DNA of 64,000 bases, from assembly GCF_002113885.1 (NCBI RefSeq), contig NW_018406103.1, forward strand, positions 1,045,661 to 1,109,660, in the 5' to 3' direction. A program made the position numbers and the translations under genes. The DNA comes from Mizuhopecten yessoensis. Taxonomy: Eukaryota. The notes under the pieces are model-generated. The model did no database searches. It was not told the origin of the DNA and saw only the letters and a list, made by a program, of their open reading frames with translations. This document shows positions 23,501 through 36,900 of the stretch, one piece after another; the first letter of the stretch is position 1, and each line of letters starts with the position of its first letter.

Positions 23501-26220
23501 GACTGGTCAAACTTCGTTCTCGTCCTGAACACTTCGGATTGTTTAGCTGGGAGGATTCGGACGTGTCACAATGATATTGCTGATGTCAATTGTACTAATG
23601 TGTTCATGTAATAAATATAAACTGACCGTAATGGCCTGAATGGTCACTGACCACGCGGTCAGCATCGTGGTTCGACCCCCTCATCTGTGGTCATTATACT
23701 GGTAATAAAGCCGGCAAGGCATGGTAGCCCGAACAACATTAGTGAGGACGTCATCCGGGTAATTTAGCTCACTGCGCCGAGGGCTTGGAACTAGTGTCGT
23801 ATTATTATATAGTAATTGATGGTAACTAGTTTTAAACCCTTCAGTTAAACATTAACCTGCCTAAAACATTATTTATTTTTCAAGGTGCGCTTAATTTTAA
23901 CTATAAATATAGAACATTATAAGATATGAGTTGGTATTATGCTTTCTATGGAAGTTCATGATAATTATGCATTTTATAATAGGAAAATAGAAAACGGACA
24001 CATAACAAACCGGACACCGTCATTATACAATCTTCAGCACGCGCACATAATGGGAATCACGTGATTAGCGCTTAAGCAATGCATCTTCCACACTCTTGAT
24101 TGTGCTAGTGTTTGCCGATGAGTGATTTCCTTAAGTTTATATATAGTTTCTAATAAATATTCGGTATCATTATTATAATAATAATGTTTGTCCTTTAGCA
24201 AAACACACTGTTATGTAAGCAAGGCGTGCATACGATCTCGATCTTAAACCCGTTGTTATAAGTTCCAAGAAAATTATATGAAAAAATTGGTGTGTACATA
24301 GAAGGAAACCTTGCCGGACCTATTATTTTGGTAAAAATAAAATCAGATTACCCAGAAGCAGTCCACTGGTAGCTTAGCTGGAAATGAATTTTATCAATTT
24401 TGTGTTTAATAAAGAGCAATTTTATTTTTGTAGGGTCACAAGAAAACGGTGTTCAAATGTACGTGGAAGAAATGCAACAAAATTCACAACACAGTGTCCA
24501 GTATCGAGGCCCACGTACGCACGGCACATCTTGGGTATGTATCAATTAAAGGGACCCGGATGGAACTACTGTACGGAATGAAAGAGATAAAATATTGTTA
24601 CTCAAAGAATAAGTAGTAAAACATTAAAAAACTTGGTCTCAAATGTTTATCACTCACGGGACGCAAGATTGTATTATTTTTTTTAAACTTAAACCGGGAT
24701 TCGAGCCTGAACCAATCACATATAACGTCGTTAAAAGTGACGTCATACGTGATTGGCTAAGCAAAAAAGAATGTCTAAGATTTTTTCAGGATCTTGGGGC
24801 ATGGACTTCAAAATAATATAGAATGTACCAGTACTACTGTACATACAAAAGACCACAGAGAAATGGGACAGCCATCCTTGACAATCTATTTACCCAAATG
24901 GTAAAACAAATGGGGATTTTTGGGAACAAGATCGTATTATCATGTTTACCAGTGCTGTTACGTGACAAACGTCAATGGAATCAACAGTATCTGATGGGCT
25001 CTTTTTCTGTTTTCAGACTTTCAGAAAGCGACAGCAACTTTCTTGATCACGAGGAAGAATTTTACTACACCGAGATCGAGGTCACGATGGATCACGTGAC
25101 TGAGAAATTCTCTGATATGTGTACGTCATCACCGCCGGAACCAACCGGATTTGATTTCGGCAGACCTATTCCAGATCACGACTACCAGAAAAAGGTCAGT
25201 CTAGATTGTCGTGATTTAACTTTCACGTGTTATACAGATTTGTTTTAGAACAATATTAATTATATTTGAAAATTCATTGACTTTTCATTTTTGTCTAGAG
25301 GAGAAAGATCATATTATACACGGTTTTAAAATTCTAGTGTTGTTATTTATTTGGGTATTTCGAAAATAAGATCTGAAAATAGCATGATTGGTAAAGTCAA
25401 AAGATCTTCATATTCAATTAGACTTAAAAAGTACCGCTTGAAGTTGTTATACGAGATTGTATGACGTCATCATTTCAATTTTTTATGGGACACCAATTTA
25501 CACGATTTTGAATTCTTCATTCTTTTATATTTAAGGAACACAGACAAAATGTTGGCAACATGTTCGCCTCGTCAGTGCCTTCTGGAGGATTCCAACCGCT
25601 GACGTCATCCGGATCTCTTCCCATAACAATGCCACAGATCAAAAGATCGTTGTCATGGCAAAATAACAATACCTCATCCTCGCCTGGATTGTCGGTAAGC
25701 GATTCTATTGACCTTAGTTTGACCTCTAATTACTTCATTTACCTTTATTGGCCGTAGGTTGGAAGACACAGTAGTCTGTTTTGGAATACACATATATATA
25801 TATATATACTGGTAAATAAACTCAAAACTATGTCGCGGTACAGCTGACACACAAACATACAATGATGACGCAGTGCACATATATTTATTTGTATATGCTG
25901 ACACATGCGCAAAATAGGATGACGTAGTACACATATAGCTCTATAATTATTCAATACAGTTCATTTAAGTACATGTATATGAATTATTTTTTCTGTCGTG
26001 TCCTTTCCAGATGTCACCTTCTGTCCGTTCGTCCAAACCATCTCCACAGGAACGGCTGCAACAGCATCAGGCTCAGTCTCCGAAATCTCACCTTTTCTCC
26101 TCTCATAAGAAGCCTCGAAGTGAAGTCCGGAAGTGCCGAAAGGTTTATGGGATGGAAAACAGGGACATGTGGTGCACTCAGTGTAAATGGAAGAAAGCCT
26201 GCTCCCGATTTTCGGACTGA
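11594..26220 (+). CDS. ZNF704: ZNF395/ZNF704/SLC2A4RG (Glut4EF/HDBP) family transcription factor, 523 aa; exons 11594-12108, 13626-13783, 14243-14493, 24434-24534, 25017-25194, 25536-25694, 26011-26220
   Basis: Seven GT-AG exons in consistent phase (1572 nt). Motifs: N-terminal DUF4772-like region ([17 protein letters not shown]), CR1 [18 protein letters not shown]2H2 finger [30 protein letters not shown]2 EEEFYYTEI, and C-terminal C-clamp [25 protein letters not shown]. The symbol denotes the family; the invertebrate gene is co-orthologous to the vertebrate paralogues. Confidence 0.93.
16817..17042 (-). mobile_element. SINE, third copy of the V-domain-like family
   Basis: Aligns by eye with 7138-7340. 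Confidence 0.75.
20700..20940 (+). mobile_element. MetaSINE-like element
   Basis: ataccaaagtccttaaaaatagtag...tgcttaacgatcagcatttaagg...agtataatgtaaccgg resembles the Meta central domain, from memory of the consensus. Confidence 0.5.
21525..21625 (+). mobile_element. tRNA-derived SINE / tRNA pseudogene
   Basis: Cloverleaf-like gaccagatagctcagttggtagagcg...ccgggttcgaacccc...tctggcc with a poorly paired anticodon stem, followed by the family tail ctgttaca. Confidence 0.7.
21668..21770. repeat. 36-bp tandem repeat x3
   Basis: agttacaataaacggaaacatcggggaattatcatt repeated. Confidence 0.85.
22570..23022 (+). mobile_element. Dispersed non-autonomous repeat; second, longer copy at 32846-33420
   Basis: Both copies begin tata.agaggatat.taatggtgtctt..gtaa.aacaaatatatttcacgagtgtggctaat and end atttcactggcaaa..tgtaataaa. 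Confidence 0.8.
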
Positions 26221-28706
26221 AGTGCTACTTCCATTCCAGGAACAAAATCGACCAATCAGAAACGTTTTGATATCTTTCAAATGGAAGGTCCGATTTGATT
26301 GTCTCCCCACAGAGGACACAAACGACAAGGAATCAGTGATTAGACTGAATTCATTCCACATTCTAAGGTTGACCAACCAAATAAACGTTTTAATAAAAAA
26401 AATGTTATGATATATTTAGATATGTCTTTCATAAGAAAGCTCAAATTTGATTGGTCAGTCATAAATACCTTGTTTTTCTGGTCATTGGTTAATTTTGCAC
26501 ATAATTTGTGAAAAACCTAGCGCACAATTAATTGACTACCATTTCAGGGAATAAAAATAACCATAGCTATGCACTGGTTATAGTACGAAACCATCTGTAT
26601 ATTCTCCATCTCCATTTCACAGAGTTCACACTACCCGGATGTACCAAGAACATCCGGGTAACCGGTCAAAACCCCGGATGTCTATTTTTTATGATAATCA
26701 CACATTTATGTCCATCAAAAAAGTCATGCTTTGCAAAAATGGTTATACAACATCAAGGGTGACATTTTGTATAGTTTATGTTGCATGTTACAACCACATC
26801 TATTTACTTGAATTTAATTTAATACAAGGTTAAATTTTGAGAATCCGTTGTCAATGTTTTGTCAAGTATTCCAGATATGTCGAGAAATAACGTGCATGTG
26901 TTTCAACTGAATAATTCAATTTTCAATATAAATTAAAATTTGTTTAAGAATTCAAAGTTAAAAGAAAAAAGAAGAACAACCTTTATCTCAAGCCTATATC
27001 GATGCCACCGTGTGCATCAACGTAGGTTTAATTTCATATCAAAAAGATAGGCGTTTAATTAATTTCACAGAAAAATACTTTCTGACAAGCTTACGTGATC
27101 ATTAAGTCTGGATGAAACCGATTTTGTGAACGTCTGTTTAGAAGCTATGACCAGGGACAAGACAATGAATTACATTTTATCCATTCCTGGCAATGTGGAA
27201 TTTGTACAGATGAAAAAGATTTAAGAATCTATGAAAAAAGGGTACAATTTTCTACTGATGTCATTATGTTAAGAAGTGGATTTTTGTTAAAATTGCAAAA
27301 TAACCAATAATTTGTGAAAAAACAAAATACTCACAGTAATGATCTCTGTTATGTGAATCACCAAATATTCTTGTTATTGTGTCAATATTCAAATACTGAT
27401 TTACTTTTTATCAAAGCTATTGAATTGTCATAATTTCTTAAAAATAAATGCACACTTTATCATGCTAGTTGTATGCAATGTGATATTGAGGGGAAACAAC
27501 ATTAGTTTGCCTATTACCCCTCTTTTAGGAAGTAGTCTCGCCCATACTGTATAGACTCTTGAATAGCAGACTAGTCTATTCTTGATTATGAAGGGAGAGC
27601 AACTATCTCTTTGTCTTTCATACATGTTGTTGAATGCTATTGTTGCCACTCTGGTATTGTGATCATGTTTTAAAATACTTTTTGAGTATGAAAGTTGATG
27701 TGTATCGTTATATATATAAATATAGTATATTCAAAATGAATTGCATTCATATGTTGTAGATAATGTTTTGCCCCACATCCCTGTCAGAAATACGGTTTTG
27801 TGATTCTTGAACTCTTTTTAATTAGGAGGTACATGCTCATGGCCATGTAGCATACGTTCTTAACTTTTTATGTTCATGGAAGTCACTATCCATTATCAAG
27901 TGCAATCATTCTGTTTTGTTGTTTATAATTAAATTTGTTAAGTTTATATATTTGAAATTAACCAGAAAGGGAAAAAAAGATGGAAATGTAATTTAACTGT
28001 ATCAATCCAGTATGAATGTTAAATATCAGCTTTGCCCTAGTATATTTGCCAGTTTTGCATTCATCACTATGAATCACAAAAAGGTTTTATCTGAATCACA
28101 GAAATGTTTGAATTAGAGACACTCGAAGTTATTGCTCTGCTGATGATGTAATTTAGACAACTTTTGATCATTGATGTAACTTAGAAATTTTTTCATCATA
28201 CATAATGCAATAATTTAGTTAAACAATTTTTTGTGATAAAAATTTCATGAGGAAAGCAATCATTTAATCACTTTTTTTTCACGTTTTCTGACATCATTTT
28301 ATAGATAAAATGTGACGTATCTTTAAATATTAGACTTATACATGAATCACATTTTTTCTTTCGATCTGATTAAAGTTGTTTACCTTTTTTACTCTTATTG
28401 AGTTGCCATTATACTTGAATTCAAAGAAAACTCAAAATTATAGATATTGATTGCTTATTTAATTTCAAAATTTTAATAAAAAAATCACTGTATACAAATT
28501 TCGTTCCCTGATGCTGGGCATTGATGTGTTTCAGCTGCTGTATTTAAACGTTTAGATATATTTTCACCCAGGCCCATTTCTTGTTCACTTGTTCTTATTA
28601 TTCTGGTGGAGGGTTTGGGATAAGTTGTTTAGTTATCCGGATATATTGACCTATACTGTTTTAAAAATTATATATTTTTATGTCTTTTATTAGTATAAGA
28701 TTGTAC

Positions 28707-28778
28707 CAGTCGGGAACCGTCGGCACTTTCCGTAAACGTATTTTCTGGTGTACGGAAAGTGCCGACGGTTCAGGATTG
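28707..28778. mobile_element. 72-bp hairpin MITE; same family at 57057-57111 and partial at ~30910-30945
   Basis: gaaccgtcggcactttccgta...tacggaaagtgccgacggttc inverted repeat; flanks agattgtac / agattgtag. Confidence 0.8.
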
Positions 28779-31700
28779 AGATTGTAGAACCTATTTAGTG
28801 CTTTATCGTTGTATTGATATTCATATCTTTATGTACACAGGGGCCTGACACGCTGATGTGGATTAAAAGTCGTATGAATAATTGTTTATCGGTGCGTTGA
28901 GCCCTTTGTTTGTATTTGCGAAACTATAATTTTCAATGTTTGAATTAATTTTACCTAAGATACCCCTGGGTACCTTTTTTTGAATTATAGAGTTCATGTA
29001 GCCATCATAAAGCCACAATGTATTTGAATATTCATGATTATTTTTCTATGTAATGATAACAAGAAAATACATGTTACCGAACGTTTTTGTTGTGCGGAAG
29101 ATTACCAAGGATCTTAAAAGAGTTGCCTCCCTTCGCGTATTCGACTACCAATCGCACCACTTTTGGTAATTAAGTGATTCGACTACATTTCTATTACATA
29201 ATCGTATTTTGCCGTCTTTATATGGCGCCCAAATTCCTATTCTGTTTTTTCCAATGTCTTGGTAATTTTGTTTGAATTTATAATCAAAATCTTTGAGAGC
29301 GAATGAATAATAATTATAATTTGTAAAAACCCTGATTGTCAGCGATGTTTTGCGTTTGTTTGGTATTAACATGTGTATATACTTTTGCAGTATACATGAT
29401 GAGTGTATGACTTTCAAATTAAACCAGAATGATTTATAGAGTTATCTATTGACACGTGAACTGTGTCACCTGAGTAATAATATGAAATAGTTCCCGGTGT
29501 TTTTGATGATCTCAGCAAAATAATACAGAGATAGAATGCATATTTTAATTTGTATTTGAAACAATGGAGTTTCATTGGTCAACCAAAAAGTCATAACGAA
29601 CTGCATTGACCAATCAAGGGGAAATGCTTAAGTAAAACATGGATATATATTACCCACAAATACAAAATCGTTGCTAGATTAACACCAACTCACTGCTATT
29701 TTCACCGAAACATCTAACAAACTTAAACCCAGATACAATACCAGGTGTGGTGCTTTGAAACCATACTCCATCTTAGATATGATTTCTACTGTTAAAATGT
29801 ACTCAAGTAGCGCTATAATCAATGAATAAAACTATCAAAATCGCACTCGGTGATCGCATTGTGATCACAAGGCTGAGCGAACTCTGCAACTAATCCCGAT
29901 AACAAACTGTGTGATTGTAAAAGGTATACAAATATTTTGTCGAAAACTTAAGATAGCGATTAGTATTTGAATAATACGTTACCGGAATTTATCCACAAAA
30001 TGTCCTGGACGCCTTTCACAGAAAGGTTTCTTCCTCTTAAAATTATTTGAGAAAAAAACTGTCAGTTGATCTATACAATTCAGATATGTCAAGTTTTTGT
30101 TTTTGATTTTATAACGATCCAAATAACTATTATATAGAGATTTGAATTTTTTTGACTAAAATGAAAGTTTTCGATGATTATTAAATTTATTTAATCAATC
30201 TGGATGTCATACACATCCTCTGCGTCCCCTATTTTAAGATGACATAATTATGTGTAAGATAGATATTTATATTCATGTTCTTGTATGGTATGACTATTTT
30301 GATAGATTGTGTTTTTGTTAATGTCACGTGATGTATGGGATACATCGGGCCAGTTAAGATTTCGTATGCGCATGCGTAGATTTATATAGTTTTATCCTAA
30401 ATTGATTGAGGACTCTAGATTTTTTTTAATTTTTGTTTTTAGGTTTGTTTCATAGATGATATACTTTTCCGGCATTTTCCGGCATTTTCCGGTCAAGGAA
30501 AAGCACCCCAGATTTCGTATTATTTAAAACGATGGAAATGGAATGGAAAACACTTTCTATTTTCGAACAAATAAAGATAGAATGAATAGTTTTTCGTGTT
30601 TTCAAGGGAAATCTTCAGCTTAAAAAAATACCCACAATAAAAAGAATAATCTAGCATATGCATAGCAAAGGGATTCGGTCAGTAAATATATATCTGAATT
30701 ATTATTTTCATATATTAGTATCTTCGGTATATGAGTTCCGGACAGGCATCAAAGTGAGGTTGTTGTTTTAAAAAATTACAACAGCTTTACCGAAAATCCT
30801 AGATGATTTTTATTTTTTTAATTTTGTTCATGAGATTAACAGTTTCGTTTATATTCGGTTGTGAGTCGACAAAGAGTTCAAATACACAATTTCTCGCGAA
30901 TACTAACCCCGGGAATCGTCGGCACTTTCCGTAAACAAGAAAATATGTTCTGGTTTATGTGTGTGTGTTGGTATTCCTAGGTGTGTATGTGTGTGATTTG
31001 TTGCTCTTTTATAGAATTGAAATTCCCAATTATAGGTTGTTTTAAGGACAATCGGGAAAATTCAGTATATGAGTGAATGACTGTTTATGATTTGTTATAA
31101 TTTATGTTTTTGATTACACAATATGAGTTTCAACAGTTTCATTTTGAAATGATACAGTATTATTGTGAATTTTAATCAGTCAGTCTGGAATCACATTCAT
31201 TTATATAAGACAAATCCCTCCAACCTTTTTGAGTCATGCTGTGGGTAACGAGTCCTGAAACTGGGACACTTATTCGTTGTTTGAGTCATACTTTCATTAA
31301 AAAAAAAGAACAAGCGAAATTACCTGACGATTAATATTTGAATTTATACCTCATCGATTGATTATGAGCATTGGCTATTAATAGAAACCAACGACTGCTA
31401 GTGCTATGTCCAAACAGCAAATTTCATACCAAATATATGAACCCACACAACTCGGATAACTCGAACTTTTTCCACGACCCCGTCGACCTCGAGATAACGA
31501 CGTTCGACTGTATTTTTACTATTTATACAGCAGACCCAGTTGAACAATATACGTATAAGTCAATTCAAAAATTTAAATAACGAATAATATGTATTAACGA
31601 ATCGATGAATGTCATTAATCTTAGTTAATTAAAAATGTCATTCATTAATTAAATCCGAAACTTTGACTAAGTTTTTTTTAACCTTCTGCTAGGCATGATT

Positions 31701-32845
31701 AGTATTCAAAGCCTAGGTTAGTATAGAGGTACCAAGGCCGCTTATCTAGCCTAAAAAGACGAAAGTCAAAGAAAATGACTGAATTCTGTTATTATGGGAA
31801 AATCCACTATGACCGTAAACCTGAGTGTTTTGTGTTTTCTTCTTCAAAATTACGAAGTACTTTTTTTCACATAAAATACACGACCAATTTTATCTAAACT
31901 ACCTTACCTTGGTTTTTAACTTACTGTGCCGGCGTGTTCGAAACGCTCTTTTCCAGTTAACCTGTTCCTAACATACGTCTCGAACGCACCCCACTTAATC
32001 CGTACTCCGATACTAGAACACTAATGACTGGAGCGAATAAGTTGAACTTCGTTATCTCGAAGTCGACAGGATCGCAAAAAATGTCCGATTTTTCGAGATA
32101 AGCGAGTTACCAGACGCCTGAATCGGTTTTTAAGTGACACTTATCTTTCGTTAAAACGGATAATTCAGTCTTCGTGTAAGCAAGATCCGTTAATTATGAA
32201 GTCCAGATAAACAAGGTCTGTCTATAATTAGTACTGGTATTTTTGGTCCTTCTATTTTTAGCAAAAAATGATATGTGTATAACTGCAATAAATCTGTATA
32301 CATATTTATAGACTCAAGGTGACTCTTTGTTAAATTTTAATGTCTTTTCTTTTTACATCTAAATTTTAATGTACAACCCTTTTATTGTTATTTTAGGATC
32401 CCATAGACTTACAGTGTAGTTAATAAGTAATACTTGTTTTGGTCATGTTTTGTAAATATATATACAAACTTCACTGTATATACCATCCAAGATATAAATA
32501 AAACATTATAATACCTACATTATGAGTTTGGTTTTAAAATATTGACTTACATTGTGACAACCGTTTATAATTCACGAATCATATACTGGAAAAGTGGAAA
32601 TCTTCGCGGTGTGGAAATAATCGCGTTTTTCGCGTCGAGTAAATTGGCGCGAAAATATCCATTTATTTAAGGATGATATAGAATATAAAGAAATCAGAAC
32701 CATTGCTAACGCGAACGTTTGAAACCACGATCAGTTTAAAAAGGGACAACGCGAATATTTCCACACGCAACAAAATCCACTTTTACAGTATATAGCGAAG
32801 TGACATGAATCTGGTGACATCATTTTCTTGGCTGTGAACTTAAAG

Positions 32846-33420
32846 ATATAAAGAGGATATGTAATGGTGTCTTTGGTAATAACAAATATATTTCACGAGT
32901 GTGGCTAATATTTTGATATTAATATATAAATGATAGCCACATGAGTGAAATTATTACATTTTTAAAGCATAAAACATGAAAAATGTAACGCACTAAATAA
33001 GGGCGGGAATCAGAAGCGTTATAATTAGCGCCATATTCTAAAGACGTCACGCTTGACAACAAGGCTGCACAGCATTTTGAATTGGATACTCAACGCAATT
33101 CCGACGTTTTCTGTTGTTTTTTTCTGGTATGATTGCTTATAAAAATGTTATTAATTGTTTATTTATGTAAAAAAACTGAAGTGTGTATACCAAACATTTA
33201 CCATAAGAACCACTTATTCTACCGTCGCTTCATTTGAATCTGAACAAAAAATCGTTGCCTTTGAATGCAGCGAATAGAAGATACCGTTATGATTGGTCAA
33301 TACCAAAAAGTGATATTTTCACAGTGAAAATATCACTTTTGATATTTATCACAGTGTGAATGATATCAGTTTTATCAAGGTGATAAAATCCGATATTTCA
33401 CTGGCAAAAATGTAATAAAT
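32846..33420 (+). mobile_element. Dispersed non-autonomous repeat (copy of 22570-23022)
   Basis: Colinear similarity over >400 bp with 22570-23022. Confidence 0.8.
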
Positions 33421-33938
33421 TAATTTCTTAATTGACGGGGTCGTATAAGGACACATTATTTAGAGAAAACGCATTTCAATTTATACCGTTTTGTTAATTT
33501 TACAACAGACAGGGACTCGTATAATGGCGCATAAATTTTATCAAAACACAAATTTAAGTTTGAACCGTTATGTAGATATTTTAACTTTAAAACATACTAT
33601 GATATATCTATAAAGTTTTGTCATAAAGCCTTGTGCCTAGTTCTACCAAATCCTTGATTGCAACTCAAAATACAAATTAAAACTTGTTATGACCGGGTCA
33701 ACAGCATTGGGAAAGTAACTAAGGATACAATTGGACTGGCAGAAAAATCGACAGGGTTGCATTATACGAGTTCCTTGTGGCACTAGGATTAAACTCAATC
33801 GGGACACGCTCGGCAATTTCCGTGTATGGGACGGAAAACGGCGATTGGGCATCCTTACCGTACATGTATATTTCAAGGAGAACTGATAAGATTACAGGGT
33901 CACGCATATTTAGATACGCCCCGCGTGCTGTTCCAAAG

Positions 33939-36900
33939 ATGGCCGGCCGTAACAGTTCTATTTTGATCCTAATCAGCCTTTATCTTCACTGTAAGTATTT
34001 GAACATACTTTTATGTCTGTTTCCTATACTCTTCTATGCTTTGATTTCGTTTTGTTTTATCCCTAACCATGTACGTATTAACCCATTGTTTACTTATTTA
34101 TGGTTCATCCGGTTATTAATGACTAGAGAGACGTACGTCATACACACCACGTGATATATTGTATACATACACGTTTACCTGTACACGTGGATTATACACG
34201 CATGACTGAATCATTAACGATCATTAACCAATTTCCGGACCAAAAACGTAAACAATGGCGATATGGTCGGGGGATAAAACAGTTCTGTATTTAAAAATGG
34301 TTGGCGGATGGCGATATACAGGGGATGGNTATAATTATATAAAGATAAATATTCTGCGTTGCAATTAAAACGTCATAAGACTTAGAGAGACCCGTTTTGC
34401 ATATAAAGCTACGTACATTGTATCATCTAGCAGAGTTACTTCCCTGTGTACGCCGAGAAAATGACATGCATTAAGTGGACTTGAATGCCTCTCGAAACTT
34501 AGGTTTTAGTGACCACATCTTCATTAATCGTTTGCCATTTCTGTTTAACTTCTTTCAAATATTGACTTGAGCAAGGCAACATATCAATAATAGGGCGTCC
34601 TTGATTGTTACGTCATTTGTTTGTGAGAGTAACGTCATCAATTTTTGAGAAAACGACGTAATTTTCTCACACAAACCAATGACGTAACGATCAATACCTG
34701 CTCACAAGAGAAGATAACTCTCAAATACGCAAAAACGGAAAAGTCGATTCAAGTCGACAGCTCGGTAGAAACCGATTTACGCCGGTATCTGACCGGCTAG
34801 TATTCCAATCAAGCGCTCTATTCAACATAGCATCAATATATGTATATACATGTACCATTTAAATGTTGTAGAGTTCGTGATGAAGGATTTTAAATTTGAG
34901 CCGGCGAAATGTAGATTGCTAAAGTTTATTTACGTTATGAAATGTTCGACATCTTTTCAAAAGCATTTGCTCCAATTCAGATAGACGCTGCACGAATTGT
35001 TACAGGACTACCCATATACACAAAAATTCGAACATATATTTAATGAAATTGGCTGGGTCCCACTAAGAACTAGACGGAAGCACAGACAAGTATCAATTAA
35101 AAACGGTACTGCTCCAAATTATTTGTGTGACACCATACCAGATAGCATTGGGGATATTTGCCGTTATAACCGAAACCATTCCCAACATTTAAGACAACCA
35201 AACTTGAGGCTTGAACCTATGCGCAATTCTGTTTTCCCATCAACTACAAAAATCTGGAATTACCTAGATATATCTATAAGGAATTCGGCTACTCTCAGTT
35301 CATTTAAAACAAATATAAAGTTAAAAGGGGAAATACACAATAAATGCTTTCTGGCATTGGGTTCTCGTAAACTAAATATACTTCATTGCCGTTTGAGAAA
35401 CCGTGCCAGCTCTCTTAACTATGACCTATTAAGAGCAAATTTAAATAATACAACTGAATGGGCATGCGGTAATCCATGTGAAGACTCTTATCACTTCCTC
35501 TGTGTATATCACCTATTCCGTCTTTGCGTATTGCAGAGTTATCTTCTCTTGGGAGCAGGTATTGATTGTTACGTCATTGGTTTGTGTGAGAAAATTACGT
35601 CGTTTTCTCAAAAATTGATGACGTTATTCTCACAAACAAGTGACGTAGCAATCAATACCTGCTCCAAAGAGAAGATAACTCAGCAATACGCAAAGACGGA
35701 ATACACCCAACAGCGAAATCTAACTTTAGACTTGCTCCTATATGGCGATCTTAAATTCAGCAAAGATGAAAATACCTCAATTGCAAAAGCTGTTCAAAAT
35801 TACATAAGCAAATGCAGCCGGTTGTTTTCTTCTACTCTGCCTGTTTTACAATCCTTTACTTCGTTTCTCTCTCCGTCTTTTCTTCTCTCTATTTTCTATT
35901 TATTGCGTAAATTGCCTTATCAAGTTATTGTTTTTATACATGTATTTGGAGAAAAGGATTGTGAAAAATTGTAAATCTTTATTTCCAATAAAATATTTTT
36001 TGGCCAGCTCCAATCGAGCCGAACCCCCGCCTTTCCGGCCGGCCGCAGGATGCTCGGGGTTTGCAATCGAGCAGGCCCTTCGTGATTAGTTATGGCCCTG
36101 CTGAAGTGCAATATTTTAAAGAAAAGGGAGAAGTTATTTTTATCGTATAAGTGCCTGTTATAATAACGTTTAATTGCAAGAAAACATTAACCATTTAAGG
36201 ATTTTTGTCACATATATGTATACATAGTGATCGCCAAAAAGATCTTTATTGAAGCAGCCATTTTGTTTTCTGATTTCATAGCTTCTTCTTTCGTACTGGG
36301 TAGCGTTTCCAATACAGAGTTATCGGCCTTTGTCACTGGGATATGGAACGACGACACCAATGGCGCCTCCTTCTCTGACATCACATACAACCTCCAATCA
36401 CATACGTCGAGCTCATCATCCGCGGACCTCGCCAATAACAGGTGAGGAACACGACTTTTGATTGGTCAGTTATATCGTCCCATGTTGTCATATGAAAACA
36501 CCAGTCTTGTGATGAATGACGCAGGCAGGGTCGCTTATTTTGTTTCGCAGATTTATTTTGTTGATTTAAACATATGTTATTGCCATAATACAGCATGGTT
36601 GGGCACAAGTTATACAACTGATATAAAGGCATTTCCATAAAAAAATACACTAAAAATACAACAAAATTACAAGATGGCGCACCAAAAAAATACTTTATGA
36701 AAAATGTAGCTAAATAAAAGTTGTTTTACATGCGTTCACTCATTCTCACACCACACACACACGCACACCCACTCACACGCGTTTATATGAATATAAACAA
36801 GAGATAGAGAGTGGTCTTGGGGGGGGGGGGGGGGGGATTATTAATGTTCATGACGTTCTGCTGTTTAATTGTTCATCACTTCATTTGAGATCGCGGCTCG

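Noticed and set aside
26221-32510. A ~6-kb ZNF704 3' UTR ending near AATAAA ~32497
   Set aside because: Several earlier AATAAA hexamers exist (26380-26555); the end cannot be determined without transcript data.
34997-35974. 325-aa ORF as a host gene
   Set aside because: Chimera of a LINE 3' fragment and an inserted MITE inside EndoU intron 1.
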